DNA of 64,000 nt from Octopus sinensis (GCF_006345805.1 NC_043007.1:12152001-12216000); one strand, 5' to 3'. Numbered from the stretch's first letter, positions 12,556-25,000 are shown. Notes: generated by a model not told the origin, from the sequence alone. Translations and numbers: made by a program.

Positions 12556-13453
12556 TATCAATGCTACAATTGTTTGTCCTAGCAACCAGACCCACCCATC
12601 TTTTTTCACCCTCCTAGCTTCCTTACTGTGTCTAATCTCCCACACATAGTAAAGAACACAATCTATCCAACCAGCCAGCCTTTTTTTATCTTTGCTAGAA
12701 TAGTAACTAAATTTTCCAGAATTCTCCATCCATCAAAGACTTTCCTAAAGACACATCCAACCAAAACCCAAACACCCAGCAACATCATTCTCCCTTATCT
12801 GGGACACTTCTTGTAAAAACCAAGGCACTGCTTCCTTTCTTCTCCCAATCACAGTTTTTAAAAAAATCAATAAATATGTTATAAAAAGCTTCAGAAGGTT
12901 TATGGCTTAAGTAAGTGAACCATAATAATTAATAATTAATAATTAATAAATTCACCAGCAGGTCTTATAATTATATCTATTCCCAATCAGTTTTTCATAT
13001 CATATAATTAGCAGATAATTAGCTGACACTTTATTTAGAATTCCTTAATAAAACAAATATATCAATTATTGCTCCCAGCCAAAATACTTGTGAATGTTTG
13101 ATTGTATATTGATCAGTAATTACATTTTTCTTTATTAATATTTTGGGGAGTTATTAATTATGTAGCTTTACTTTTTAATTTTTGTCTTCTTCGAGAAGAC
13201 ATGTTACATATTAATTTATCATGAACGAAATGTATTTCAGAATTTAAATTAGATTATAAATAAAATATACGCAGAACACAATAACAGCAACAATCCTTTC
13301 TACTGTAGGTAAAAGGCCCGAAATTTGGGGTCATGGACCTGGTTGATTACATTCGACCCCAGCATTTCGTCCAGCATGCTGTTTCCACGAGCTCGTTGCT
13401 GACAGCCATATATATATATATTATTATATAGTAATAATAATAATAATATATAC

Positions 13454-13497
<44 letters not shown>

Positions 13498-13500
<3 letters not shown>

Positions 13501-13790
13501 GAGGCGCAATGGCCCAGTGGTTAGGGCAGCAGACTCGTGGTTTCAATTCCCAGACTGGGTGTTTGTGAGTGTTTATTGAGTGAAAACACCTAAAGCTCCA
13601 CAAGGCTCCAGCAGGGGGTGGTGGTGATCCCTGCTGTATGCTTTCGCCACAACTTTCCCTCACTCTTTCTTCTGTTGGCCTGCTCACTTAGCCAGTGGGA
13701 TGGCGTCATTCGAAGGCTAAAACAATGCAAAGCGCATTGTGAGCAGCAGTGTATAGCAACATCTAATAACCTGGTCGGTCACGGTGATCA
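13498..13790 (+). mobile_element. SINE family D variant with a different 3' tail
   Basis: Shares head and body up to cactct with D, then diverges. Confidence 0.75.
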
Positions 13791-14108
13791 CAGTGATATA
13801 TATATATATATATATATATGCATAGACATGTGCATGAATGTGATCTAAGAAGAGAAGAAGATATATATATATATATGTATATATATCAAAAGGACGTGTC
13901 ATAACCCTATTCCACACATACAAAAACAGCCATAGTAACAATCCAACATAGCTCCATCATCAGCTGCCCCATAGATATCATTATGGTTTCAACACCTGGG
14001 CAGTACCACTCAATCCAGCGGTGTAAACAACACTAAAATAAGTGTTGTTGGGGAAGAAACATACCAAAAAAAAACCACAACTTTCAAACAAATTTATCCT
14101 ATGTGAAT

Positions 14109-14740
14109 AGGCGCAGGAGTGGCTGTGTGGTAAATAGCTTGCTTACGAACCACATGGTCTTGGGTTCAGTCCCACTGCATGGCATCATGGGCAAGTGTCT
14201 TCTACTATAGCCTCAGACTGACCAAAGCCTTGTGAGTGGATTTGGTAGACGGAAACTGAAAGAAGCCCCTCGCTAAGTTAAATATTTAAACCACCTGATG
14301 AATGACTGTAACTCGAAAATTTAAAGAAATTAACAGCCATGAAACGATCGTAGTGTTATATTAATTATATTTTTTTAATAATTTTGTTATATATTTAAAT
14401 AATATAAATTAAATAATCTTATGTATTGGCTTAAGTTTTTCATTGTATGATTTGCCTAATAGTGGTTTTATCTCTAATTTAATATAATATATGTGTTTAT
14501 ATATATATGTATGCATGTATGTGAGTATATGTTTCTGTGTCTGTGTGTGTCCCCCAACATTGCTTGACAACTGATGCTGATGTGTTTACGTCACTGTAAC
14601 TTAGCGGTTTGGCAAAATAGACCGATAGAATAAGTACTAGGCTTACAAAGAATAAGTCCGGGGGTTGATTTGCTCAACTGAAGGCAGTGCTCCAGCATGG
14701 CCGCAGTCAAATGACTGAAACAAGTAAAAGAGTAAAGAGA
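14109..14740 (+). mobile_element. SINE family A (tRNA-like head, (TAAAAGAG)n tail), interrupted at about 14272-14490
   Basis: aggcgcaggagtggctgtgtggtaa...ggttcagtccc head, internal (TA)/(TG) microsatellite, gagtaaaagag tail; more than 10 copies in window. Confidence 0.85.
14291..14354 (+). ncRNA. Degenerate type I hammerhead motif
   Basis: CCAC-CTGATGA-ATGACTGT...ACAGCCAT-GAAA-CGA-TC^GTAG; mismatches in stems I, II and III. Confidence 0.45.
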
Positions 14741-15084
14741 GTATGTACAACCATATCGGTCAATCAATTCAATAAGTAAATCTAAAACCAACTGCTAAAT
14801 ATGTAACTAAATGGTGACCAAACCTTTAAGTCACACACATACATATGTGTGCATATGTATGTACATACATGCACGTTTTTTGTGTTTGTCTCAGCCACAC
14901 TTGACAACTGGTGTTGGTTTGTTGATGTCCCTTATAACTTAGTGAGTCAGCAAAAGAGACTGACAGAATAATACACTTAAAAAAAAGTAGTGGAGCCAAT
15001 TTGTTCAATTAAGCCTCCAGTATGGGCACAGTCCAATGAGTGAATCACATAGAAACATAAAAATAAAAATTAAAAAATTGTTAT

Positions 15085-15521
15085 AGGCGCAGGAGTGGCT
15101 GTGTGGTAAGTAGCTTGCTAACCAACCACATGGTTCCAGGTTCAGTCCCACTGCTTGGCATCTTGGGCAAGTGTCTTCTGCTATAGCCCCGGGCCGACCA
15201 ATGCCTTGTGAGTGGATTAGGTAGACGGAAACTGAAAGAAGCCCGTCGTATATATGTATATATATATATATATATAAGTGTGTGTGTATATGTTTGTGTG
15301 TCTGTTTGTCCCCCTAGCATTGCTTGACAACCGATGCTGGTGTGTTTACGTCCCCGTCACTTTGCGGTTCGGCAAAAGAGACCGATAGAATAAGTGCTGG
15401 GCTTACAAAAGAATAAGTCCCAGGGTCGATTTGCTCGACTAAAGGCAGTGCTCCAGCATGGCCGCAGTCAAATGACTGAAACAAGTATAAAAGAGTAAAG
15501 AGTAAAAGAGAGAGTAAAGAG
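15085..15521 (+). mobile_element. SINE family A, full length
   Basis: Complete head, body and tail; near-identical to 33786-34222. Confidence 0.9.
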
Positions 15522-15950
15522 CTATATATCAACTATTTGAAATTATATACACTGTTTGGCTAAATATACGACGACAACATCCGCTGCTATTACCTGACTT
15601 CAAAATGCTGTGTTTTCTTTTTAAAAGAAAAAGCTCTCAGAAAATTGCAAGCAATTATAAAGTAATTTGCATATCCAGCAGAATTAATGGATTTATATCG
15701 AAAATAATAACATTGACATACAATGGAAATCACTTAAAATGCTTTTGAAAATGAATTCATTTTAAAATAATAGAATGAGTAAATATTTTTCTATGTGTTT
15801 CAGATGAAGTTAACGATTATTTCAGTATTAACTTAGTGATTTTCATTAATAAAGATAGACATAATTAAGAAAATTATATGAAATAATAATTTGTGGTTAG
15901 ATTTACTAAAAACAATGTAATTAAGGGGTAATTTTTTTCTTCTTTTGCTG

Positions 15951-16349
15951 TTACTCTTTTACTTGTTTCAGTCATTTGACCGTGGCCATGCTGGAGCACC
16001 ACCTTTAGTCGAGCAAATCGACCCCAAGGACTTATTCTTTATAAGCCTAGAGCTTATTCTATTGGTCTCTTTTGCTGAACCGCTAAGTTACGGGGACGTA
16101 AACACACCAGCTACAGTTGTCAAGCGATGTTGGGGGCACAAACACAGAAACACAAACACATACATATATATATATACATATATACGACGGGCTTCTTTCA
16201 GTTTCCGTCTACCAAATCTACTCACAAGGCTCTCGTCGGCCTGAGGCTATAGTAGAAGACACTTGCCCAAAGCACCACACAGTGGGACTGAACCCAGAAC
16301 CATGTGGTTCGTAAGCAAGCTACTTACCACTCAGCCACTCCTATGCCTA
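15951..16349 (-). mobile_element. SINE family A, full length (degenerate 3' fragments follow at 16380-16745)
   Basis: Reverse complement of 15085-15521. Confidence 0.9.
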
Positions 16350-16920
16350 TATTTAATATCTTTTTTTTTTCGATAATGTTTTACTTGCCTCAGTCACTGG
16401 ACTGTAGCCATGCTGGAGCACCACCCTGAAGAGATCTGGTCAAACAAATCAACACTAGTACTTATGTTTTTGTGTTGCTTTTTTTTTTTAAAGTCTGGTA
16501 CATATTTTATTAGTCTCTTTTGCTGAACTGCTAAATTACAGGGACATAAACAAACCAACACCAGATGTCAAGCAGTAGTAGTGTGATGACAGACACAAAC
16601 ATACACATATCTATATCCTTTCACTTGTTTCAGTGATTTGACTGTGGTCATTCTGGAGCACCACCTTAAACGGTTTTAGTCAAAGAAATTGACCCCAGAA
16701 CTTATTCTTTGTAAGCCTAGTACTTATTCTACCAGTCTCTTTTGCCAAAAAATTTGACTGGGGATGGCGAATCAGATGGTTGCACCATGCTCCAATCTAA
16801 TCTGGAAGAGTTTCTACAGCTGGATGCCCTTCCTAACGGCAACCACTCCGAGAGTGTAGTAGGATGTAATTATTTTTTATTTTCAACACACAGTTTCAGA
16901 TCAATTAACCAATTCATGAA

Positions 16921-17135
16921 TCCTTTAGCATTTAAACCAGCCATATCAGCTCCATCTACTTGTTCTATGTTCAAAATAGCTAGATCCAGCCTCTCACACC
17001 TACCCTACAATGTCATTCTAAAAATAAACGATCACATCATTGAACTCTCAAAGCTATGAGATAATGCATGATTAATTCAAAACAAGGTGAATACATAAGC
17101 ACTGCATTTAGCAGAGTAATCTGAATGCTTATGGA
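16921..17135 (+). mobile_element. MITE family G (cctttagcatt...aatgctaaagg ends); second copy at about 23060-23271
   Basis: Two diverged colinear copies sharing ctcacacctaccctacaatgtcattctaaaaataaac; inverted termini near TTAA. Confidence 0.7.
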
Positions 17136-17194
17136 TTAATGTAGAAAGCTGGTAAAATCATTAACACATCAGACTATATGCTTAGCAGTATGCC

Positions 17195-17365
17195 TTCTGG
17201 CTTTATGTTCTGAGTTCAAATCCTACCAAGGTCAACTTTGTCTTTTATCCTTTCAGGGTCAATAAAATAAGTAACAGTCAAGTATTGGGGGGAAGAGTGA
17301 TTTCATCAACTAATCTCTTCTCCCTAAACGTCAGACTTTGTGCCTATATAGAAAAGAATTATTGG
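17195..17365 (+). mobile_element. SINE family B, short form, diverged
   Basis: gttctgagttcaaatcc...gtcaataaaataagta. Confidence 0.65.
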
Positions 17366-17432
17366 TCAATTCATTAACATTTAATCATTTAAGTAATTAA
17401 CAGTTTGATTAATCATTTGAACATATTGACTG

Positions 17433-17483
<51 letters not shown>

Positions 17484-18007
17484 GAAATGAAGTAGAACCA
17501 GTGTGTGTGTCAGTTATTGGCATAATGACCCTCCCAAGATACAACAAAATGCGTTTCAATATACAAATTCACATCAAGAATCTTGCAAACTAAATACAAA
17601 CACAAAATTAACTGTTAGATATAAAGTTTATCTTAGGTTAGAATTCATGCACTGAAGAAATAGAAAAAAAAAGAAAAAAAAAAGAAAAAGCAAGGAAGAA
17701 AGAAAAGAACAAGAGATAAACAAAGTACAACAGGATGAGAAGGGAATGTTTATAAATGATTTTTCAAGTCCTTTGTGAGAAACTAATAACATTTATTTCA
17801 TGTGTGCTAAAAACTTAAACATTTCTTTCAGAGTGAATTCATTGCAACCACAATTTAATTCTTTAAATTTTTGATATTTTAAAATTTCTTTGTGTGTTTT
17901 GATAACAATGAAATGAATTACCAATTTGTTGATTTCTGTTTTACCACTGAAGTTTATGAGTTAAATCCAAAGAAGTTCATATACTGTGGTGAGAAGACAA
18001 ATGAAGA

Positions 18008-18059
<52 letters not shown>

Positions 18060-18363
18060 TTACAAATAGGAGCTAAACTGCTCCAGTGCTGTAGTTAACA
18101 GAGTTTAGCTCTTATTTCTAGCCTCATTTAGTGACAATTATAATTCTCTCTTTTGATGAAGCATTGTAAATTGCTGTATATATATATATATAATCACAAA
18201 CACACACACGTGTGTGCATATGTGTGTATGATTGCATGTGTGCATATGTGTGTATGATTGCATGCGTGCTCGTGTGTGTGTAATGTATGCATGTGCAGGT
18301 GCAGGCAAACGACGACACAGAGGTAACAACACAGAGAGAAGTGATGAAGCCCATGCTACTTAC

Positions 18364-18435
18364 ACTTGCTGAATGGCAAGTGCCCTCCGAGAAGCAACAG
18401 GGGACCCTTCACTGATGCTGCCTAATGAAAGTCGG
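18364..18435 (-). CDS. BRSK1/2: BRSK/SAD kinase exon (linker)
   Basis: tctttctttgccttcag|C CGA...CAA GT|gtaagt; 72 nt, phase 2/2; RLSLGSISEGSPVASRRALAIQQ resembles the recalled DGGSPVPARRAIEMAQH. Confidence 0.93.
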
Positions 18436-18739
18436 CTGAAGGCAAAGAAAGATAAGAGGATGAATAGGCGTCATGTTAATCACATGCTCGAGTTTAACAT
18501 TAAACAGCTACAGTTAGAATATATCACTATTTTCAGAAGGTTTTTTTTATTTTAATTTTTTTTTTTCATTCCTGGGAAAGTTCTTCAGAGAAGCTTTAAA
18601 AATTCATTGGAAGAAAAGAAGCATGGAATTAGTAGAAGAATGCATGATGGTAATGATGACAGTTTTAAGCTATACCTTTGTGCAAAAGATACAAAATAGT
18701 TACTCTCTTGTTTTTAATTAAGATGATTAAGATGATATA

Positions 18740-19008
18740 ATATATACATATATATACACACACATACACACATATATACATACATACACACATACATATA
18801 CATGTATATGTGTGTGTGTATATACATATATATGTGTGTGTGTGTATATGTATATCATATATGTCTATATATATATATATATATATATAATAAAGTTATG
18901 TCTATATATATATTTAGCATAAACACATGAAGCAGTAAGGGGATGTGTGTATTTATGTATATATATTTTTTCATATTTTATTTTTATATTTATATATATA
19001 TTTATTTT

Positions 19009-19102
<94 letters not shown>

Positions 19103-19160
19103 TCATACATACATCCATATATTATATATGCGCACAACACACATCTATATATATAGACAT
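18740..19160. repeat. (TA)n/(CA)n compound microsatellite
   Basis: Direct inspection. Confidence 0.9.
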
Positions 19161-20396
19161 GTACATTTATTTTCAACACATTCTTGGACAGCTGGACATG
19201 AAAGATATTCACTGCAAGATTCTGTCTCAAAGAAAAGAAAAAATAACCATCTCTAATGACTTTGTGTATAAAACCATATTGGGCTGAACTCCAAGTGTCC
19301 AAGTAACCAAAAACACATCGAATCGAGATCCAAGTGGCATAAAAATTTCTTTTCGTCTGTAAAAACTTTGAGCTTCCACACACAATGTCCTATAGTGGTT
19401 TCCTATAGAGTTTCACGCAAAGTTTATGATGTTTTCCTCCAAGACAAAATCCCACAGTGAATGCCTTTCACATTCTAGTGTACAAAAACATGTCAAGAGA
19501 AACTGTACACACCTTTATTTAGATTCTCACTGCTTTGTACGCTTATACTAAATATTTCTATGTATTTATTCATATTTATAATATAAGATTTTAGTTTGAA
19601 GAGATATAGCCAATGCAAAAGCTTCAGAAATGAAAGCAAAGCAATCTTAGAAATACTACAGTACATGACATAATAATTCCATGTCATAATAATTCCAAAC
19701 ATTTGATAAATGGTAAAAAAATGGAGCAATCAAAAGTTAAAAGAAATCATTATATTTTTCAATTTACATATCTATTTCTCAGTACTAAATAGTAATGGTT
19801 TCTGCTTTCTAGAATTATTTCACTCACAGTACATCTAATTATTGTATTTTCCAGCATATAAGTCAATACAATATAAAATGCAAATATAGCGTATACATTC
19901 AAACAATGTCACCATTTTTCCAAATCCTGCGGCACTTCACATAACATTTTTGGTCCTCCAAAATCATCTTTGTGTATGCATTGAACTACGATTTTTGGGC
20001 TGTAAATTTTGGTTGGAATAATCCAAGTTGCACATGAAAAAGTGCAGTAACAATTCACAAATTTTTTTCAGTTCAAATGATTACATTCGAAATCACATAT
20101 TGTTATTGCAAACCTATCAAAACCCATCAAAACTATTTTGAAAATAAGGATATATTTGAATTTAGATTATACACAAGTTAGGAACACATACGCTTCGCCC
20201 ACACACAATTCTCCTAATATCTGTAATTTTACTGAAACACATATACATATTTTAGAATGAGACAACTGGGAGCGGCTGTTTGACACTGGCAATTTGGCAT
20301 GGCTAACTGGACACTGAACCTGTTTTAGCGACAGTACTTTTTGGCACTGGAAGCAAACACACACACACTCATAAATGTGAAGAAATGTATACATGC

Positions 20397-20444
<48 letters not shown>

Positions 20445-20981
20445 CAATTTATTAACAGAACACAACTGGCATTACCATTTTCCCGTCATAGATATAAAGA
20501 GAGATATGCTCACACACATACACAAAAGGAGAGTGAGGAGAAAGGAGAGAATGAGAGAAACATTAAAACAATTGATGTCAAATAAATCAGTGTCAAACCA
20601 GCAATGCCAAACTGACAGTGCCGAAACAGCTGTGCCATGATGTCCCATACCATATGTAGATATAAACATGTACATGTGATCACTATTTACTTATGTCCAG
20701 CAAATACAACAACTGAGAATACCTATAAAACAATTACTTCTTATGTATTGACTTCCTCCTGCCCAAATCCATATTTAGTATTAGATGCCTTGCTTATAAC
20801 ACCAAACTTTAACAACTAAGGTAGAGGCACTTTTTTAAAGTCCTGCTTTGATTGTGATGGTTCTAATGAAACTCTCGACAAATCCATGTTCAATACAGGA
20901 GTCAATGCTGAGAGTGAACTGGTGTTGAGTACACAGTATTTCATATGTTGAGGTCTGCTCCTTACTGAAACAGAAAAGGAC

Positions 20982-21286
20982 CTCAAAGTCTGTCACAAAG
21001 TCTGTCTCAAAGTCTGTTTCAAGGTCTGCATCAAAGTCTATCTCAAAATCTTCTCAAGGTCTGCATCAAAGTCTGTCTCAAAATCTGTCCCAAAGCCTGC
21101 CACACAATCTACCTCAAAGTCTGCCTCAAAGTCTGTCTCAAAGTCAAGTTCAAAGTCTCTCAAAATCTGTTTCAAGGTCTGTCTCAAAGTTGATCTCAAA
21201 GTCTGCCTCAAGGTCTATCTCAAGGCCATCTCAAAGTCTATCTCAAAATTTGCTTCAAAGCCTGTCACAAAGTCTGCCTCAAAGTC

Positions 21287-21290
<4 letters not shown>
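20982..21290. repeat. Degenerate 12-bp minisatellite (caaagtctgtct)n, about 25 copies
   Basis: Direct inspection; occasional 11-nt units. Confidence 0.85.
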
Positions 21291-21323
<33 letters not shown>

Positions 21324-21327
<4 letters not shown>

Positions 21328-21489
21328 GACGGGCTTCTTTCAGTTTCCGTCTACCAAATCCACTCAAAAAGCTTTGGTCGGCCTGAGGCTATAGTAGAAG
21401 ACACTTGCTCAAGGTGCCACACAGTGAGACTGAACCCGGAACCATGTGGTTGGTAAACAAGCTACTTAGCACACAGCCACTCCTACGCA
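21324..21489 (-). mobile_element. SINE family A, 5' half
   Basis: Matches the head half of family A. Confidence 0.8.
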
Positions 21490-21880
21490 TCTTCACAAGA
21501 AGAAGAACAATCGATAAAAAAGCTATACTAAATCAATTTCGATGTTTCTATAACTTTCCACACTTTAATCTATTCTTTTCAGCTAATATAAAGTCTAATA
21601 TATCATCATCTTCTTCTTCTTCTTCTTCTTTTGATGTCCATCTTCCATGTTGGTAAGGGTTGGACAACAATAAGTTAAAAATAGATTAGACGTTTTATTT
21701 ATTTATTTATCTATTTATTTATTTATTTTGCTACTTATCGCGTGGAGAATTGAACACAATTTGTAAACTAATCTGCTGATAATACAAATCAATTATGTTC
21801 AATAATGTAATGATTGGAAATTTTGATTCGATGATCTAGAGTTTCAGCTAACACAGCAATATATATATATATATATATAT

Positions 21881-22078
21881 CATCATCATCATCATTTAAT
21901 GTCCGCTTTCCATGCTAGCATGGGTTGGACGGTTCAACTGGGGTCTAGGAAGCCCGAAGGCTGCACCAGGCCAGTCAGATCTGGCGGTGTTTCTACAGCT
22001 GGATGCCCTTCTTAACGCCAACCACTCCATGAGTGTAGTGAGTGCTTTTTATGTGCCACCGACACAGATGCCAGGCGG
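21881..22078 (-). mobile_element. Repeat family C
   Basis: Colinear with other C copies; abuts the 32-bp minisatellite. Confidence 0.85.
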
Positions 22079-22100
22079 TTGGTCTTTGTTACGTATATAT

Positions 22101-22520
22101 GTATGGAATGCCAGTGGTGCCAAAATCACAAAGTATGGAAGGCCAGTGGTGCCAAAATCACAAAGTATGGAAGGCCAGCGGTGCCAAAATCACGAAGTAT
22201 GGAAGGTCAGCGGTGCCAAAATCACGAAATATGGAAGGCCAGCGGTGCCAAAATCACTTAATATGGAAGGCCAGCATGCATATAATCATGTTCCTTGTGA
22301 TTTTTGCACCGCTGGCTTTCCATACTTTGTGATTTTGGCACCGCTGGCCTTCCATACTTTGTGATTTTGGCACCGCTGGCCTTCCATACTTCGTGATTTT
22401 GGCACCGCTGGCCTTCCATACTTCGTGATTTTGGCACCGCTGGCCTTCCATACTTTGTGATTTTCGCACCGCTGGTCTTTCATACTTTGTGATTTTGGCA
22501 CCGCTAGCTTTCCATACTTT
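22101..22520. repeat. 32-bp minisatellite arranged as an inverted repeat
   Basis: atggaaggccagcggtgccaaaatcacaaagt x5.4 forward (22103-22275), 19-nt spacer, x7 reverse (22295-22515). Confidence 0.95.
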
Positions 22521-22682
22521 CTGTTAGTCTCTCATTTGCAAACTTAAATCTTAAATATACATTAACTATATGAAGATATGATCTACTGGTGGTCAGTAAT
22601 GTAGTGACTTTTTTTTAAAAAAGACTTATTTTAGCAGATGAACGTTTAAAGTTGTCTAATTTCTACTTCTGTTTGTTCGCAG

Positions 22683-22768
22683 TATCTAATAAAAGTCAAT
22701 GAAATCCGCACAAAGAAAGGAGTCGATCTACTACAACATCTAGTTGAATACTACCAAGCTCAAACCAC
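22683..22768 (+). CDS. ASAP: Internal exon of an ASAP-family Arf-GAP (BAR domain), antisense to BRSK
   Basis: ttctacttctgtttgttcgcag|TAT...ACC AC|gtaagt; 86 nt, phase 0/2, no stop; [28 protein letters not shown] versus recalled human ASAP1 [28 protein letters not shown]. Confidence 0.9.
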
Positions 22769-23540
22769 GTAAGTCTCAATTTCATTTCCCATCACTTTGA
22801 TGGCATGCACTGTTCTCTCACTCAATAATTAAAAGAAATAGAAACTAAGATAGCTGAGTTTATCATACAAAAAATGCATATATATATGAGTTTAAGTAAA
22901 TAAAAATCACCTTGCTTAATCATGAATAATTGCTATTATAAATGCGTTATTTGAAGAAGATGATAATGATGATGATGATGAAGACAACGATGATGATTGG
23001 AAAGGATTTTTTTTATTCCTTTTTTTTCAAATTCTTCGTCTTCTTATTCTAAGCATTTTAAATTTAAACTGGTCATATCCAACCCAACTATTCTACCTGT
23101 CTTATGTTCAAGCTGGTTTTAACTGGCCCCTCACACCTACCCTACAATGTCATTCTAAAAATAAACAATCACATCGTTAAATCTCAAAGCTAAGTGATAA
23201 TGCATGATTAATTAAAAACTATGTGGATAAATAAGCATTAGGTTTGATAGAGTAATCTGAGTGCTAAAGAGATAATCTTAAAAAGAATCTTACCAACATT
23301 TTTTTTTGCTTATAGTTAAATATCAGAAATAATTAAAAATAAATTCTACAGCAGAAGATGGCTATCTAAACTTAAGAATTCACAAAACATAATTCAAAAT
23401 TCTCTTTAAAAAACTATTATACCAGAAATTCATTGATAAAAATGTAAGGGACAAAAACCGATTCCATTGTATTGGAAGAATTAGGTGAAGCTTTTTGGTA
23501 GTTAATAGATTTCAGTAAAAGACAGCATTAAGAACCTTAC

Positions 23541-23589
23541 CTTTGAGAGCCATTCAGTTGAACTGCGTCGACTCTTTTTCTAGGAGGAT
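23541..23589 (-). CDS. BRSK1/2: BRSK/SAD kinase exon (DPPRKRVD motif)
   Basis: tatttttcag|AT CCT...CAA AG|gtaagg; 49 nt, phase 1/2; (D)PPRKRVDAVQLNGSQ matches the family DPPRKRVDS motif. Confidence 0.95.
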
Positions 23590-23709
23590 CTGAAAAATAT
23601 TTACATTTAAAAGTTGAAAAACCTGAATTCTTACACTTCAGAAAATCAAATTATATTTTGGTAGAGGAAGTTTCTGAGAGAATAAAGCAAACTAATGGGA
23701 TGTTAAAAG

Positions 23710-24445
23710 GCATAGGCATGGGTGCGTGGTTAAGAAACTTGCTTTACAACCACATGGTTTCAAATTCAATGCCAATGAGTGGCACCTCTGACAAAAGTTT
23801 TCTACTATAACCCGGGGCCAACCAATGCCTTGTGAATGAATTTGGTAGGGGGGAAACTGTGTGAAAGCCAATAAGCGTGTGTGTGTGTGTGTGCATTTAT
23901 CTGTCTTTGTGTTTGTCAGTGATTTACTTTGTTCCAGTGTGTGTCTGGTTGATAATGGCACCGTGCAATCTTGTAACCAAATCTGATTCTGGTGTCCTAT
24001 CCTTTAAAACACTGCTTTTAATAAAGTACACCATTGAATGAAATTTCTTTGTAAGTGATCCACAAATCCATTAAGTTCTGTTTTGGTAATCCCTGATAAA
24101 TACAAGTTTAATTTTGTAACTTATTATCACTGTTTTGTCAACAATAGGTGTAGGAGTGGCCTGTGTAGTAAGTAGACTGTGTGGTAAGCAGCTTGCTTAC
24201 CAACCACATGGTTCTGGATTCAGTCCCACTGCATGGCACCTTGGGCAAGAATCTTCTACTATAGCCTCGGGCCGACCAAAGATGGAAACTGAAAGAAGCT
24301 CATCATATATATATATATATGATGAGCTTCGTATATATATATATATATATATGTGTGTGTATGTCTGTGTATATGTGTTTGTACATCCAACATCGCTTGA
24401 CAACTGATGCTGGTGTGTTTACATCCCCGTAACTTAGCGGTTCAT
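23710..24445 (+). mobile_element. Two degenerate or partial SINE family A copies (23710-23880, 24146-24445)
   Basis: Diverged heads and body segments. Confidence 0.7.
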
Positions 24446-25000
24446 ATTTTTTGTCAGATACAATTCATTGATATGCTGGAACATGGCAGACTATTGCAAG
24501 GATACCAGACTGCACTGATCCAAAATTCTGTCAGCACCAGTATCTATGACTCATTCCTTTCTTTTAAAACCATGCCTTAGAGACTTTCTTGCAGCTGAGT
24601 CAAACTTTTATTCAGGAATATTTTTGGAATAATTACTCAAGAAAAACCGAACTGCAAAATTATTAAATTCCTATGATCATAAATTACATTACATTCTTCC
24701 TCTCCATCTACCGATATTCCCTAAGACGGATAGCTTTGATATTTAGCTTTCTGGCCAATCATTATTAAAGAATTGTTTAATTAGAATAACGTCAATATCA
24801 GACTTCATGTCTGGTTCAATTTCTTTAATGGTAACCAATATTCCCTTAAGATATGTTCATCAATAATTTGATGTATTTCAAATCCATAAATAGAAAAATG
24901 AGTTTTGATTTTTCATTTAATTTGTCACCAATCCTCAATGGCAGTCTTGAGAATGCATCAACATTTTTGTGTTATTGCCAAGCTTCTATCATATTGTATA

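Noticed and set aside
22101-22520. CRISPR-like look of the 32-bp repeats
   Set aside because: Units are directly adjacent with no unique spacers, the context is eukaryotic and there are no cas genes.
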